From contig JWZX01003347.1 of the NCBI GenBank assembly GCA_001275005.1, positions 1 to 49,306 of the forward strand: 49,306 bases of DNA, given 5' to 3'. The translations under genes were made by a program, and so were the position numbers. This DNA comes from Chrysochromulina tobinii (lineage: Eukaryota). Positions 1 to 13,800 of the stretch are shown piece by piece. The number at the start of each line of letters is the position of its first letter. Positions within the stretch are counted from its first letter, which is position 1. The notes under the pieces were generated by a model. The model searched no databases. It was not told the origin of the DNA and saw nothing but the letters and a program-made list of their open reading frames with translations.

Positions 1-120
1 GCACTCGGTGTGTGAGTTCGCGTAAACGTTTCTTGGGTGGAAGGCCCGCGTCTAGCGTTTCACAGACTGTACTCCAGGCGGTCTGGTTGAATCTAACGAT
101 TCGTGGCGGGTGTCGATATG

Positions 121-178
121 CTCTCTCTCACTCACTCACTCACTCACTCACTCACTCACTCACTCACTCACTCACTCA
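121..178. repeat. (CTCA)n microsatellite
   Basis: Direct reading: about 13 tandem CACT/CTCA units upstream of the first gene. A similar degenerate tract lies at 22532-22567. Confidence 0.95.
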
Positions 179-235
179 AAACTAGTATCGGCATGCGGCC
201 ATTCCTCGGCACTCAAAGAGAGGCCGCCAGTGCCT

Positions 236-3062
236 ATGTCCGATTTCGCCCGCCTCTCCACGCTCTACAAGCAGTTGCGCGTCCTTGCTGCGAACGATAT
301 CCTCCCGGCACGAACGCTCTCCTTAGTGGCACGTATCCTCAACGCAGACCTCGATGTGCGCCCCACCCTCTCACCCCATGAACGTGCTGAGCTCAAGCAG
401 CTGAGCTGCACCTTGCCGCCGCCCGTCGAGCGGGGATCAGACGCCGTGCTCGCTGCGTTCGAAGCGCTGCTCTCGCGCTGCGTCCATATCGGTGTCTTGA
501 GCCCGGCGCAGCACCTCGCATTTCTCGCATTGCGAGACGAGGCCGCACGCATGGCTGAGGACGATGACGCCAGTGCTAGCGTCGACGAGTCTGACAGTTG
601 GAGCTTGGTCAGCGACGCGAGCAGCTGGGCGGGAGCCGGCGACGCCGAGGTGGCGAGTGCGACCGACGAGGCGCGCGCCTTCGCCGCCGTGCTCGAAGCG
701 CGGCTAGAGCCACTTCGCGCCGAACTCGGCAATACAACCATCCGCGACCTGTTGGCGGAGGTGGCGGCCCAGGGGCGAGGCGACGGCGTATCTTGCCAGC
801 TGCCACTCCTCGATGCAGACGCCTCGATGCAGTATACGGTTCTGCTCAAGGTGCAGCGTGCCGCTGACGCCGACGGCGCCGTCGACGCTTGCCCCGCTGC
901 TCCCCCCGCTGGCTGTGCGGACGAGACATTGGCCGATGCGCACCCGGTACTGTCGGTGCTTGTGAGCGCGCCCGCCTTTGGGACACGCCGCGACGAGCTT
1001 GTGCTGAGCGAGGCAGGCACGTGTGTCGGCACTGCACTACCTCTCGCCGCCGCGCTCAAGATCGTGGTTCGGATGATCACGGCACACCAAGAGGCTGTCA
1101 AGCTCGCATCTGTCCGTGCTGCGCTGCCGCGGCCCACGTACGCGCTCAAGCTCCGTCTGTTTGCCTCTGATTGCCTCTGATTGCCTCTGATTGCATCAGG
1201 TACGCGCTCAAACTCCGGACCGCATTGCCCGAAGCGACTGCTGCTGATCCCCGACCCCCCTCTGACGCCCCCTAACGAGCCCCTTGACGCCCTCCCTGAC
1301 GCCCCAGGCTGATGTTACGTGATGACGAGGAGTGGGCCGAGCTCCGACACGTCAGCCGCCACCTTCCTTTCCGCGCGTTTGATCCTTCTGAGATCAAGCG
1401 AGTCGCCATGGTGCAGCTGGCGTCGCGCCTGCTGCCGAGAGACGTGGCGGTGCTCAAGGTGGAGCCTGTGGTCTCGGCGAGGCTGTTTGAGCGCTTCCAG
1501 CGCGCGCTCGAGGCGGCACGGGGAGGCGATGACGAGGAGGCCGAAGAGGGCGCTCGAGGGACGACGGTGGAAGATGAGCGAAGACGAGAGAAGATGGGCG
1601 AGCAAGATGGTTCGGAGAGGGCAGAGGGGGAGGAAGCGGTGGAGGCGGAGGGGGAGCGGGAGGAGGCGGAGGCGGAGGAAGCGGTGGAGGCGGAGGGGGA
1701 GCGGGAGGAGGCGGAGGCGGAGGAGGCGGCGGTGGCGGAGGGCGCATGCAGCGAGGGCGACCCTCCACAGGGTATGGCGGTCACGGACCTAAACGAGCGC
1801 ATCTTAGCTCCGACGCTTGCATTCCACGGCGCTCCAAGCCACGAGGCGTTAGCCGGCATTCTAGCCGAGGGCCTGCTCGCTCCGGGAGAGTTGATCTCGC
1901 GCACCGGCCGCGTACTCGAGGCTCACCACGGTAATCGGTATGGTGATGGGCGGTATCTGAGTCAGGATCTGCATCTCGCGGCAGAGTACGCCCTCGCAGA
2001 TGCTACATGCAAGCGGCAGGTGCTTCTCTGCCTAGTCGCTCCCGGTCGGTGCGAGCGCCTTCCACACGGCTTTGAGGAGGACGCTGCCACCGATCGTGCA
2101 GCAATACGTCATGCCGATTGGCATTTGGCGCGCTGCCGCGTGTGCACCGCACCTCGGTGCGATGGGGTGCAGTGCAAGCTCCTTGCAGCCCGAGCAGCCC
2201 TCGACGAGTGGCGAGCACGGCAGCAGATGTGCACGCTTCACACAGCACCCGCGAAGCTCATCGTCGGGGCTGCGACCAGCATGGATGACGTCAAGCGCCA
2301 CGCGGCGGAGGTGGCAGCGAAGGAGGCAAGGCGTGCTGCGGGATTGAGCGAGCAGGAGCTGGCGGTGGGCTTTCGGCTCGAGTGTGCAGTTTCGCACCTC
2401 GAGAAGGAGGCGCTCAAGGCGGCGGCACTGGGCAACTACACCTGTCGCATCTCGCCCGATCAGAAGCAGATGGTCGTCGCCGAGGCCGAGCAGACCTTGC
2501 CGTTGCTACTGATCACCTTTGAGCGCCGGAAAGCCCTCGATCTGCGCCGGACTGGGCACTTGCTCGGCGGTCCTGCGCACGGGGCAGGGGTGACAATGCA
2601 CGCCCTTGGTAGCTGGGCAGGGGCGATGGCGATGGACGCGACGGCGACGGAGATGGGTGCTCGAAAGTCGCGCGAGGCCACGCGATGGTGCTCAATGCAT
2701 GGGGCAGACCATGCCCGCAGGCTCGCACGAGCTGCGAACGAGGCGGAGGAGACGGCTGCGGCGGAGGCCAATGTGTTCCTTAAGGAGGCTGCTCGGGAGG
2801 CTTTGGAGGCGACCGACGTGGCCGTTGAGGGTGCCGTTGAGGGCATGGAGACGTGCCGTCTGCTCGCTCCTATCAGGTTACCGAGGCTGCAGCCTGGTGA
2901 GACGTCCCCGGCGCTCAGTCTACGCACCACCCGCGAGCTCACTGCCACGATCATCGTCACGATCATGTCCGACCCCTCCGACGCTTTGATCGCCAGCCCT
3001 CGCTTTGTGACTCTCAACCCGCCCAAGCCACGCAAGCCTGCTGTGGGAAAGGCAAGGGGCGA

Positions 3063-3094
<32 letters not shown>

Positions 3095-6000
3095 ATGCAA
3101 CCTTTAAGCTCACCGCCGTGCGCGCAGTCGACTCGCCTGTCATCGTGCGGTATGTGCTCAGCGGGGCGGGCGCCGCCGGCCTGATTCCGCCGCCGTCGGC
3201 CAGCCTTATCATCCAGAGTTGCACCTGGGCAGTGACGATTACCGCGAGGTTGTCGAGCGAGCAACGGGAGCGCACGTGACAAGCAGGCTGCATCTCATCA
3301 CGGTCATCCACGGCGTCCCCGATGCAGAGCGATCCACGTGCTTTGCTGCCGCACGCCACATCGTGCGCGAGCTTCAGCCGCAGAGCACGGGGCTGATCGA
3401 GAGCGCGGAAGCCGTGCCGGCGCGTGTTTGTGCTCCGCTGGGCCCAGCGGAGCGGCTACTGACGAGACTGGATACTCTCAAGGCATCCCCCTCCCCCCCC
3501 GCCCCCCCCGCAAGGGTTGCACTTGGCAGCCAGGCGGCGGAGAAGGAGCGTGGTACTGAGGGGCTTCTCGGCGGTGTGATGGCCGCGCTCGACTTGGCGC
3601 TCAACAGGCTTGAGAAGGAGCGAGAGCAGCGGTTGCTGCGGGCAACGGCGCAAGCAGATCGGGATCTGTGGGCACTGCCACCGCCACCCTTCCGTGCGCG
3701 GGACGACGTCGTCGGCTGGTGCCGACGCGCGGTGGATGGCATCGTTCTGCACGCGGCGTCTCTGGGTGCGGCCGGTAAGCAGAGGCGGCAGCGATGGGTG
3801 GAGCAATCGGCCACGGCCCATGCGAAGCACTCGGATCGACAGCAGGATTCTCTCTTTATGATTCAAATCGTGCAGTACGGCCCAGCGCTCGCTCGAGCCC
3901 CGGATCCACTTGCTGGCAACGTGGGGTTCGCTCTACCAACCGACGTTCTCTCCGTCGCATCTCGACGAATCTCCGGATCTGGGCTCAAGCTCGCGGTGCG
4001 CTTGCTCATTGTGCAGCGACGATGCAGAGCCGGCGACGGCGCTGGCGGCCAAGGCGGCGCTGCAGACCATCGTGGCATGGGAGCCCACGCCGCTGTACGT
4101 CGCCCTGACTCGCAAAGCCCTTCCAGCGGCTGTGCGCCAGCTCAGCCAGGACGCTCAGCGCTGCTGCTTCGCGACGCCCCTCTCGTTGGCTTTACCGCCC
4201 ATCGCGCGTGTGCTGCATGCCGGGTTTGTCACGCAGATAGGCCAGCCGCCCGTCTGGTCGACGAGCCTACGGCTCATGCCCTCGGAGGGAGTCTGCTTGC
4301 TCTTCGAAGGGCCACCGCCCCACACATTTCTCCTCAACGGTTGTGAGGTGACCGCGCGCCTCCGCGGGCCTCTCCACCGAGCCGAAAGTGCTGAGGAGGC
4401 GTTATGTCGTCATGCCTTCCTCGATCCACCGCTGCTGGTCCAAATGCTCCGGCTAGTGCAGCGGCACGTGTGTGCGCTGCGTGTGGCAGCTGGAAGGCGC
4501 ACCGACGTCGTCGCAGCCGTCAAGTGGCTGAGGCAGCTCGTGATGGGACTGTCGGCGCCGCCCGTCAAGCTTGCCGGTCTTGACGCGCTGCACAAGCATG
4601 CGCTTGATGGCGCGTTGGCAGACCCTTCGCAACGCCACTCGATTCTGCGTGAGCGCCGACGGATGGCATCAGACCTGATGGTGGCGCTCAAGGAGGTGGA
4701 TGAGACGGCGCTGCTAGCAGCGGCGGCGGCGGGCTCCCAGGGCCTCACCGCCGCCTCTTTCCTTTCCAAGCCCTCGGAGCTCAAGTTTGGCGCTAAGGTG
4801 CTTCGTCGGGTGGCTCGCTCGGCTATGCCGGCGATCCGCGTCCCCTCGTTGCTTCGAGGGCTGCTGAGTGTCCAGAGTCGTCACGAGAGTCAGGATCGAG
4901 GAGGCGATGGCAAGGCGACGTGGACAGGTGATGAGGCGATGCCGCTCTCAAGCCACAAGGACCTTGCCGAGCGCGCGCTGTCCATGTGGGCCGAGCTTCT
5001 GGCGTTTGCAAACGCCGCCCTCCGCAGGGAGCGCACGGTGCCTCCGGGCGTCGGCGCCCTTCTCTACTCTTTTGGGATGGTGGGCATCCAGCTTCGCGTT
5101 GGCCGATCCGAAGCCGCCGCTATCAACCCCTGGGCCATTCGCATCGAATACCTCTCTCGCACTCCTTGCGACACAGTGACGGCTCTCTCTGCCCTCGACT
5201 GCGGCCACCAGCTCACGGATAGCACCGGTGAGCTCGCTCCAGATGTCTTGCCCCTCATCGACCCTGCCCTCGGCGGCAAAGCCTGCGAGGCGGTGGCCGG
5301 CTTCGTGAGATCGTCTCTCTATGCGACGCACCTCGCCCTTCTGTTCACCCGCTCACCCGCACTGCGCCTGCCGGCCCAGCGGGCGGCTCTGCTCGTCGTC
5401 TCGTTCGCCAAGGCGGCAGAGCAGCTGCTGCGCCGACGTGGGGGAGAGAGGGTCGCAGAGCCACGCGTCACGCGTCAGCCCTCCCGCTTTCAGCTGGATA
5501 CTAGCGTCGAGGACATGCGGCTCGCTCTCGCCATCTTGCACACCCTCGAGCTCACACAGGCGCACGCGACCGTTGTGCCCCAAGAGATGGCAAAGCAGCT
5601 CCTGGGACCGACTCCGGGAACATGTATGACCGAGGCGGGCGACGAGGGTCTCGACTCCCCCTGCCAGATCCTCGTCTTCCTCTGCCTCTCGCATGAGCTC
5701 TCCGCGCTCTTCGAGCCGACCGCAGAGGCGGCGGCTCAGCGCGCTCGGGTCGCTATGGCCCTTCTCGCCGAGGCTGTGTCGCGTTCGTGCCGCGTGCTGC
5801 TGCGCACGTCGCCGCCGCCGTGCGAGGAGCTCGAGGCTTGCTCGGGACAGAGCCCGATGATGCTCACCGCCCGCTCACTGGTGCGCAAGGCACTCGGCAT
5901 CAGCCCGGAGTCATGCCACGATGTGATGGCTGATGAGCTCGCCGAGCCGGCTGAGGTCAAGCATGCCGGCGAGTATGATGTTGACCTGGCGGTCCGCGCC

Positions 6001-6957
6001 TCCGGAGGTTTCTTCTTAAAGGCTTACACCAACGCGACTCCGTTTGCCGTCGTTGGATGTGTCGGGGTGGCCGAAGTGATCCGCGAGTGGCTCCGGATCG
6101 ACGCACCAGGCCGCACGCTGCCTAGCGTGCTACGCGACGCTGGCGCCAGCGCGGCCCTCGCCAGGGCCCTCGCCGGCGCGTTTGAGTCGAAGCGGATCTC
6201 CATGCGCCGCTTCCTCGAGGACCACTTGCCAGGGGCGTCGCCTCCACACGTCCAGGCCGCACTCTATTGTCAGGGCCTCACCTACCACGATTCACGCGCG
6301 CGTCGCGCCGGCCTCCCCCCTCTCTCGCGCAGCCATGACCTCCTGCGCACTCTAGCGGAGAATGAGCGGCGAGAGGTCTACCTCGCTCGCCTCCAGAGGA
6401 AGCAAGGACGCCTAGCAGCCATCGCGGCCTCTCGTCGGGGCGCCGTCCGCCTCGCGATCGCCCGTGCAGCAAAGGCCGAGTTCATGGCGACGCACGATGG
6501 GGTGCCTCAGCTCTTTGACCACGCGCAGCTCGCTCGTCTCAACGCCACTCGCCCGCCCGATGAGCAGCTCGAGCTGATGGGAGCTTCACCCGGCTTGCTC
6601 AAGCACCACTGCTGCTACCCGTGCTGCCCTCACTTCCTGAGAGACCTTCGCAGTCCGAAGGATCGAGCTGCCGCAACCGCGGCCGGTACCGCCACTGGCC
6701 ACGGCCGGTCCGCGGCGCACTTCCGTCGCCACGGCCTCTTTCGGCACCTCAAGTGGTTTCAGTGGCCCGACCGCTCTTGGACCAAGGCAATGCATGCCAC
6801 GGCGCTACAGGAGTTGAGCCGCCGGCCAGCCCTGAGCCGAATCGAGTTTGTCGAGATGTGTGCGCGCAAGTTAGACGAACGGCGCAACGGCATGTCGCAC
6901 ACCGAGCTCGAGCGCTTGCTAGGGCTCATTCACGACAGTGTGACGTCTCGTCTGTAG
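236..6957 (+). CDS. Large multi-segment protein with a PARP-like ADP-ribosyltransferase catalytic domain, a degenerate vWA-like region and a C-terminal Cys/His-rich domain (introns and/or frameshifts)
   Basis: ORFs 110-1180 (ATG 236), 1312-3279, 3219-4346 and 3910-6957 are collinear and coding-like. Intron from 1138 with acceptors at 1199 and 1307. PARP motifs LAFHGA, GILAEGL, HGNRYGDGRYLS, AAEYA, QVLLCLVAPG and QMVV...LPLLLITF at ~1810-2520. Frame changes near 3200 and 4012 are unresolved, so joining the pieces into one gene is inference. Confidence 0.6.
1138..1199 (+). other. GT-AG intron with (TTGCCTCTGA)n; its 5' end copies the sequence following the acceptor
   Basis: AC|GTACGCGCTCAAGCTCCG...TGCATCAG|GTACGCGCTCAAACTCCG. 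Confidence 0.65.
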
Positions 6958-7660
6958 GATGGAGATCTGTCTTCAAGACTGTACACTGTTAGACTGGTAG
7001 ACTCCCTTCCCGCTCCAGCTGAGAGCCGGTTCTTTCTTGTCGATCGTCGATCTTAATTCCAAATTCGGAGTTATTATTTTTGTAGAGGTATTGCGACATG
7101 TATGAATCGCCGTGTACAACTGAGTTGGTTTGCCTTTTATTCTTCCCCGCCAATCCCTGACCATACCGGGCATTCCAAAGCCCTCGGCACCGGCCTGGTG
7201 GTCCCGTCGGGGGTCAGCGTTTGAGGCATCAACTAGTAACCGAGTAGCATCTCACCCGCCGCTCCAGACAGCCACGGTTCTCGCATGCGAGAACCCCCAA
7301 TTACTCGTCATACACTCGTCATACACACGTCATACACACGTCATACTCACGTCATACTCACGGCCATACTAACCCTCATGGAACCCCATGTTCCAATGCC
7401 CCCCCCATCGAGCTCAGCTTCACAGTTCGTTGGGCTCGGTTGGGATGATTGTATAGTGTTAACGAACACGACGTCCCCCCAATGCCTCAGAAACCCCATT
7501 GTAGTCAGCTTCCGCGCCACCGTGCGCGGCCATAGGTCATGGAAGTCCCCCTGAGCGGTAGCGAGTCCTCTCAAGTGCGGTGTGCGGACGAACGCGAGGG
7601 CATCGAAGATGGGCATATGGTATGGGGTGGCCAGTGAGATAAGAGGCCACCCGCTGCCCC

Positions 7661-7777
7661 CAGCGCGCTTCACCAGGGTGGACCTGCTTCGTCCCAACGC
7701 TCCCCCTCCCCGCCCTAACATGCCCCACCACCTGCGGCCCCCAGCGCGCTTCACCAGGGTGGACCTGCTTCGTCCCC
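7661..7777. repeat. 35-nt direct repeat x2 (82-nt spacing)
   Basis: CAGCGCGCTTCACCAGGGTGGACCTGCTTCGTCCC at 7661 and 7743, downstream of the polyprotein stop codon. Confidence 0.9.
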
Positions 7778-7854
7778 ACGCTCTCTACGCTCTCTCACCC
7801 GACCCCCCCTCTGCGCAACGCGTGCCTGAACCTCAAGTTGTGCTCCGCGTCCTT

Positions 7855-10800
7855 CTAGACCTTGTATGGTTTAGTCATTGGCTTATTCGTTGGGGCTTGG
7901 ATCCTCGGTGGCATTGGGGGCTTGGCGGCTGGCACCTTGCCCTTGCGCCTCTTGATGAGCACATACAGAGCAGAGAGCACGAGGCAGCCTCCGAGGCCGA
8001 GACCGAGGCCGAGCCCGAGAGGAAGGGCGAGCGAATTGCTAGTGTTGGGAATGTTGTCGTTGGTCGTGAATGTTGGCGCTGAAGTGACGGTGATTCCGAG
8101 GAAGGAGCTGGCGGCCGAAGTCGAGCCAAGTGTGGTGGCGAGAGCGTTCGTGACGCCGGAGGCGGTGGAGCCGACGGGAACCGCTATGACAGCTGTGATG
8201 ATCACGGAGCCGGCAGCGACTTGGACAACGACGAAGGACGGGGGGACCTGATTGGGGGGCATGGGGGTGGTGAGGGAAGGGGGAGGAGAGATGTAGGGGT
8301 TAGAAGTGACGGGCAAGGGGTGACGAGGTAGGGGGGTGGGTAGGGAAGGAGAGGGTAGATGCGGCTCTCACCCCGGCCGCCAGCGCAAACTTGATTTGGA
8401 GATTCGTCATCCTCTGCTCATTGTAGTCAGACACGCTGCCGGCCGCCACAAGCGTCAGCGTGACCGTAGCGGCGCTCCTATTTGTGACTGTGGTGCTGCA
8501 GACCGCATCAGTGTTCCTATTGCATAGACTTGTGACGCCGGACTCCATGCACGTGCTGCATGCCGTGCACGGCGTCAGGCCGGTAGAGCTCCAGGTGGAC
8601 CCCGAGTCGCAGTTGGTGGCGTTGTTCACAATCGTAAACCCGAAGAGGCCCTGTGAAGAGAGGGAAGGCATGAAGAGGGGAGAGAGGGGAGGTGTGAAAG
8701 AGGGTAGGACATGTTCGACGCTTGGAGATATGGGGGGGGGGGCATGCAGGGGGCGTGCTTAGCAGATGCAGGGGGGGTGTAGTGCATGGGAGCTCACGAG
8801 GGAAGATACCGCCCTTGGAGATACATGGGAGATGCACATAGAGATACATGCATGCTGGGAGAAGAAAGGGGGAGAGTGCAGGGGAGCTCTCAAGCGCAGA
8901 CCGCCTTCTCACCTCCTTGAAAGATAGGGCCGACGCGGCGTTTCCTTGAGAGTCGACCCAAGTGCCCGATTCCCATCCCATCACGTACCTGCGGAGAGGG
9001 GCGGGGCGGGAGGTGTGAAGAGAGGTGTGCACCGCTGGTCGAGTGCGGAAGGCAGGGTAATGATGATAGGGAGAAGAGAAGTATGAAGGGCCTTGTGGAC
9101 GGCGCGCCGTTTGGATGGCGCGTGTGGACGGGCGCTATGAAGGGAGATGTGCAGAGAGGCTGCCGCTGCCATGGCGCGGGCGCTCAAGCGGAGACAAACG
9201 TGCGACGTGAAGAGAGGTGTGAAGAGAGGTGCAGAGAGAGCGGTGTGGAGAGGAGCGGAGAGAGGAGTGGAGAGAGGAGTGGAGAGAGGAGTGGAGGGAG
9301 GTGTGGGAGAGAGGCGGGGCGGGAGGCGGAACGGGAGGTGTTGAACAGAGGCGGTAAGATCCGTGTGAATAGAGGGCGGTGTGAAGACGTACGTGGCGGG
9401 TCCCGCGAGCGGAGGCAGTGTGAACACGACCGAATACTCGTTGGAGGGCGCCGGCGTCGCATTCAGCGCCGGGTAAGTCACAAAGCTGGCCGTGGGGGCG
9501 AACATGTTAGCCAGGCCCCTGGTGGCGTTGTTCAGGACGATGATCTTCATGTCTGCCTTCGGGGTGAGTCGGGAGCTCGATTTAAACGTCGCCGTCACGA
9601 CGACTGAATTGGCCGTCAGAGCGGGTGTGAGGCGAACAAGGGTCGGCCCTTCGGAGCAGCCTGTCGTGTAGCCGAGAGCCCTCGAAGGAGGCTGAGCACT
9701 AGTTGTCCTGGCCGCGAGCTTGCGCCGACGGCCGTTCACAGTTCGGAAGCTCGGGCTCGTCACACTTGCAGCATCGGGAGCGTCCGAATCCTCGAGCTTG
9801 CGGCGTCCAGCGGAGGGTGCGGAGGGAGGGTCAACATTGAACCTGGCTTGATTTCCTGCGCCATCGATGATGGCGCCATCATCGATCGCGATCGTGTAGA
9901 CGGTGTTCGGCTTCCATTTGCGGGGCTCCGAGTCCTCGTCGGTGGGATCTGAGAGGAGGCGGACCTCGACACGAGATTCGTCCTCGTACACGATGACCTG
10001 TTTCGGATCTGGCATCGCGAGATTGTGGAACCATCATGGGGTGGGGGGGAGGGTGGGTGAGAGGGTGTGTGCGGGATATTCTCCGAGGGAGGTGGGCGGG
10101 GAACGAGGGAGATGCAGGGTGGATGGCGCACCATTCATCGCGACGGTGAATGTGTCGACCGTAGTGCCGTTGTACTTGCCAGTAAATGAGATGTTCTTGC
10201 CTGGGACTGCTTCAATGTACTCCTGTGATAGATATGGGGGAGAAATGGGGGAGATTCTGTGTGAGATTGAGATCGCATGGGACCCGTCGAGATGCAGGCG
10301 AGGTGTGATGTGAGGGGGATTGCATGCCTCCTCGTTGAAGCAGAGGACGAGCGGCTGCGTCTCGTCCACGTCCGTGGCTCCCCATTTGGCGTCCGCCTCG
10401 GGGCACTCTTGCAGAGTCGGGGGAGTGGTGTCCGGAATCGTGTTGAAGTAGTAGTACTCAGATTCAGTGGTCATGGCGGTCTCGGCCATGTCGTAGATGG
10501 CGTCCGCGGGAATCTTGAGTCGGAATTGGCCACCCGCATAGAGCGGGCAGTTCTCGTTTGGCGAGATCAGGAGCTGCGCGCCGTCCACGTCGATATCGGG
10601 GTTTGTGATCTTCTCGCCATCCTCGTCAGTCGCGATGAGGGGGAGGGCGCAGTACGGTTCCGTATCTGAGTAGGATTCCCAGCACGATCCCCATCCCTCG
10701 TCGCAGAGCTCGTCAATGCTGATCACCTTGTCGGAGTCGTCTGGGATACGGATCGCGCGGGAAAAGGTCGCCTTGATCGTCGAAGCTGTCGTGAAGGCTG

Positions 10801-13800
10801 GGGCTGCGTGGTCGATGGACTTGTTCGCACTCTCGTACCCGGCACCCCATGTCTCGTCTGGCGTCACAGCGGGAGGCGTGAAGCCAGTCAAGGTGAGCGC
10901 ACCCGAGAAATCTTCCTGCAACGCTCGGCGACCTGAGACAGTGAAGGTCGACGAGAATCCCGCGACATTGTTGCCTAGGCCGTCGTGAAAGTAGCCGGCG
11001 GGCACCGTGACGGTGTATGTGCCGGCTGAGAAGGTTACGTTTGAGAAGGCAAAGTTGGCGGTGGAAGCGCCGTCCTCGAAGAGGTTTAGCGTGATGGTGG
11101 TGGTCGGGTTGCCGCCGGCTGGCGCGACGGTCGAAGGGGAGCTTGGTGGGAAGCTCGCTGGGCAGCTGCCAGCTGAGCAGGCCTTGACGGCGCGCGCCGC
11201 GACCTGGGCAGGTACGAACGGGGGCGAGGGAGAAGTGAATGAGAGGTATGTGTGTGAGATGCGTGTGAGATGAGGGGAGGTGCGGGGAGATGCGCACCTG
11301 GCCAGTCTGGAAGGCGCCGTGGACAGTCCCTCTGAATAACGCCGACGTGTGCTCGCCTGCAAAGAAGAGTCTCCCTCCGACATTGCGACCAAAGGCGTCC
11401 GTGATGGTGTTCTTCGACGTACCTGCCATGATAGAAGACTCGGGGCAACTCAGGGGAAGGTCGGAGAACGGCACAGCCAACGGCAGCAGCGATGGGGGCG
11501 GCAGCGATGGGTTGGTCGACGCACCGACTGCGACATACGTGTACGCGCCCTTCGCAAGTGGATTGGCGCGCCAAGCCGAGCGAACGATCTGAGGCGCATC
11601 CGTCGGGACCGTGACAGAAGTCGGGAAGATCTTGACCAGATTCGCTCGGATCTGCGGGGGAGATGCCGGGGAGATGCGCGGGAGATCGTGAGCAGGTTCG
11701 TCCGGAACTACGCCCAGGCACTTGATGGGTAAGAGGTGTGCTGGAGAAGCGAGGGAGAACGCACCTGCGCCCAGACCTCGGCGTCGCTCATCCCTTCGGC
11801 CGTGTCGGCAGCCGCACCCAGTGCAAACGTCATGAGCACCGGCTTGGTCGACAGCTCATGCACGTTGAGGAAGTAGGTGAAGAGGCCGCGGTTGGTCCCC
11901 TGGGCAAGGCCATAATAGTGCGTGCCTGACGGCCACCAGTTGGTTGGAAACAAGAGTGCGATCTTGACGACGTTGCCGAAACCAAGCTGAGAGATGCCAT
12001 TTGCCGTAGCTGTCGGGAGTGCCGGGCTGAATGTGACTCTGGAGCTCGCGTCGGTGCTCTTGAGCACCCCGAGGGGGATCGTGATGATCACGTAATCAGC
12101 GTTGTACGTGCTGCTGTCCGCAGTCGTCAGCACAACTCCCGTGCTGTTGTACGTGACGGACGTGACGCGCTTGTTGTACGTGACCGAGATGGGCTGTCGG
12201 CTGGCGGACAGCACGGCGGTCACCTGCAGGGTGCTCGAGCCGTCATTTACCCGGACCGCGCCGCTCTGCAGCGCCTCGTACATCTGCTTGTACCCTTGTG
12301 CCCACACGAGCTCAGCGCCGTTAAATTTGGAATCATCATTGTAGTTCCAGGCTGACAGGTTAGTGACCGGCCCGGCGGTGTTGAACTCAGTGCTGACGGC
12401 GAGGTGGTACTGGAACAGCTCCGAATCTCGAGTCTGCCCCGAGTTCGAAAGGCCGGCGAGCGCCTGCCAAAGCGAAATGTCCGTCGTCGCCGAATTCTCC
12501 TGTGCTTGTGAGAGCAGGCTTTTGTACGGGTTGTACTGATCGTCGCTGGGTTCCGAGCAGGCCGAGTTCTGGTTTTCGGTGCAGAGGCGAAGTTCGGCCA
12601 AATTGTTTCTCGTCCGGACAAGTCCGGCACCTTCAGCCAGGCCCAGGGCCGTCGCGATCTTGGTGATCGGATGCGACTCATTGCTCCCGTGGATCCAGCT
12701 GGCGCCCATGTCCGTCGGCGCTCCCAGGGCGCCGGCGGTGTCCCAGGCCGTTCCCGCCTCGGCAGCATTCAGCGTCCATGTACGGCCACCAATGCGAGTC
12801 CCAGCTTCGAGCACCGTCAGCTCCAGGTGTCCTCCGTTTGCAGCAGTATCCCACGTGTCGATCAGAGTACGCGCCGCGGCGAGACCCGATGTGCCTGCAC
12901 CGACGACGACTACTTTGACAGTTGTGGCGACTGGCGTGGCAGACCGTGGCGACGGCGACGGCGACGGCGGTAGGGAGAGCGGCGGCAAGTGTGACGGCGA
13001 TGGTGCCTCACCTGAGCCCATGTCGCCGAGTGCGTCAGGTGGTGCCAGCGAGGGCGGGGACGACGAGGGCGACGGCGACGGCGGTTGGGAGAGCGGCGGC
13101 AAGTGTGACGGCGATGGTGCCTCACCTGAGCCCATGTCACCGAGTGCGTCAGGTGGTGCCAGCGAGGGCGGGGACGACGAGGGCGACGGCGACGGCGGTT
13201 GGGAGAGCGCCGGCGAAGGCGAAGCCAGCAGAGGCGATGGTGGGGAGGGCGTGCCCGTGTTGGTCGTGCTGGTATTGCGACTGCTCAGGCGGCTGGCGGT
13301 GCCGTGGTGGCCGTAGATGAGCAGGTTCCAGCTGCGGAGCAGCGAGTTGACGCTCGGACCGTTTGCGAGCCGCCGATCGCGGATCGCGAGCGTCCACGTG
13401 CCCACCGGGCTTTCGCCCCAGCTGCGCACGCTCGTCATCTTCCAATTGAAGCGTGGCAGGTAGAGCGAGGGCTGCCCGTTCGTGCCCGTCCAGTTCGCCG
13501 CAAGGCAGTCGTTATAGTCGCATTCGCAAGACTGAGGGTTGTCGCAAATGCCATCATTACTCGACGTGCACGTGTCGTCCTCGGCCGAGCAGCCCACGAC
13601 CGGCGGGTTGGACGTCTCGGGCCGCGGGCCGGGGGTCAGGACGGAGTGCGTGCCCGAGGGCGAGGTGAGCTCGAGCTGCAAGTCGCCGCGCGACGAGTGG
13701 TTGAGGTTGACGAAGATTTCGATCCACTCGATCGCCCACGCCTGGCTCTGTGCGCCGACCGTGACACTGGTCGACAGCGTCGAGCCATCGTGCGGGACGG

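Noticed and set aside
110..235. N-terminal LTHS repeats as protein sequence
   Set aside because: This is the translation of the (CTCA)n microsatellite upstream of the likely ATG at 236.
11190..12920. LSD1/KDM1 histone demethylase
   Set aside because: No SWIRM or Tower domain, and it is embedded in a secreted protein; polyamine oxidase-like fits better.
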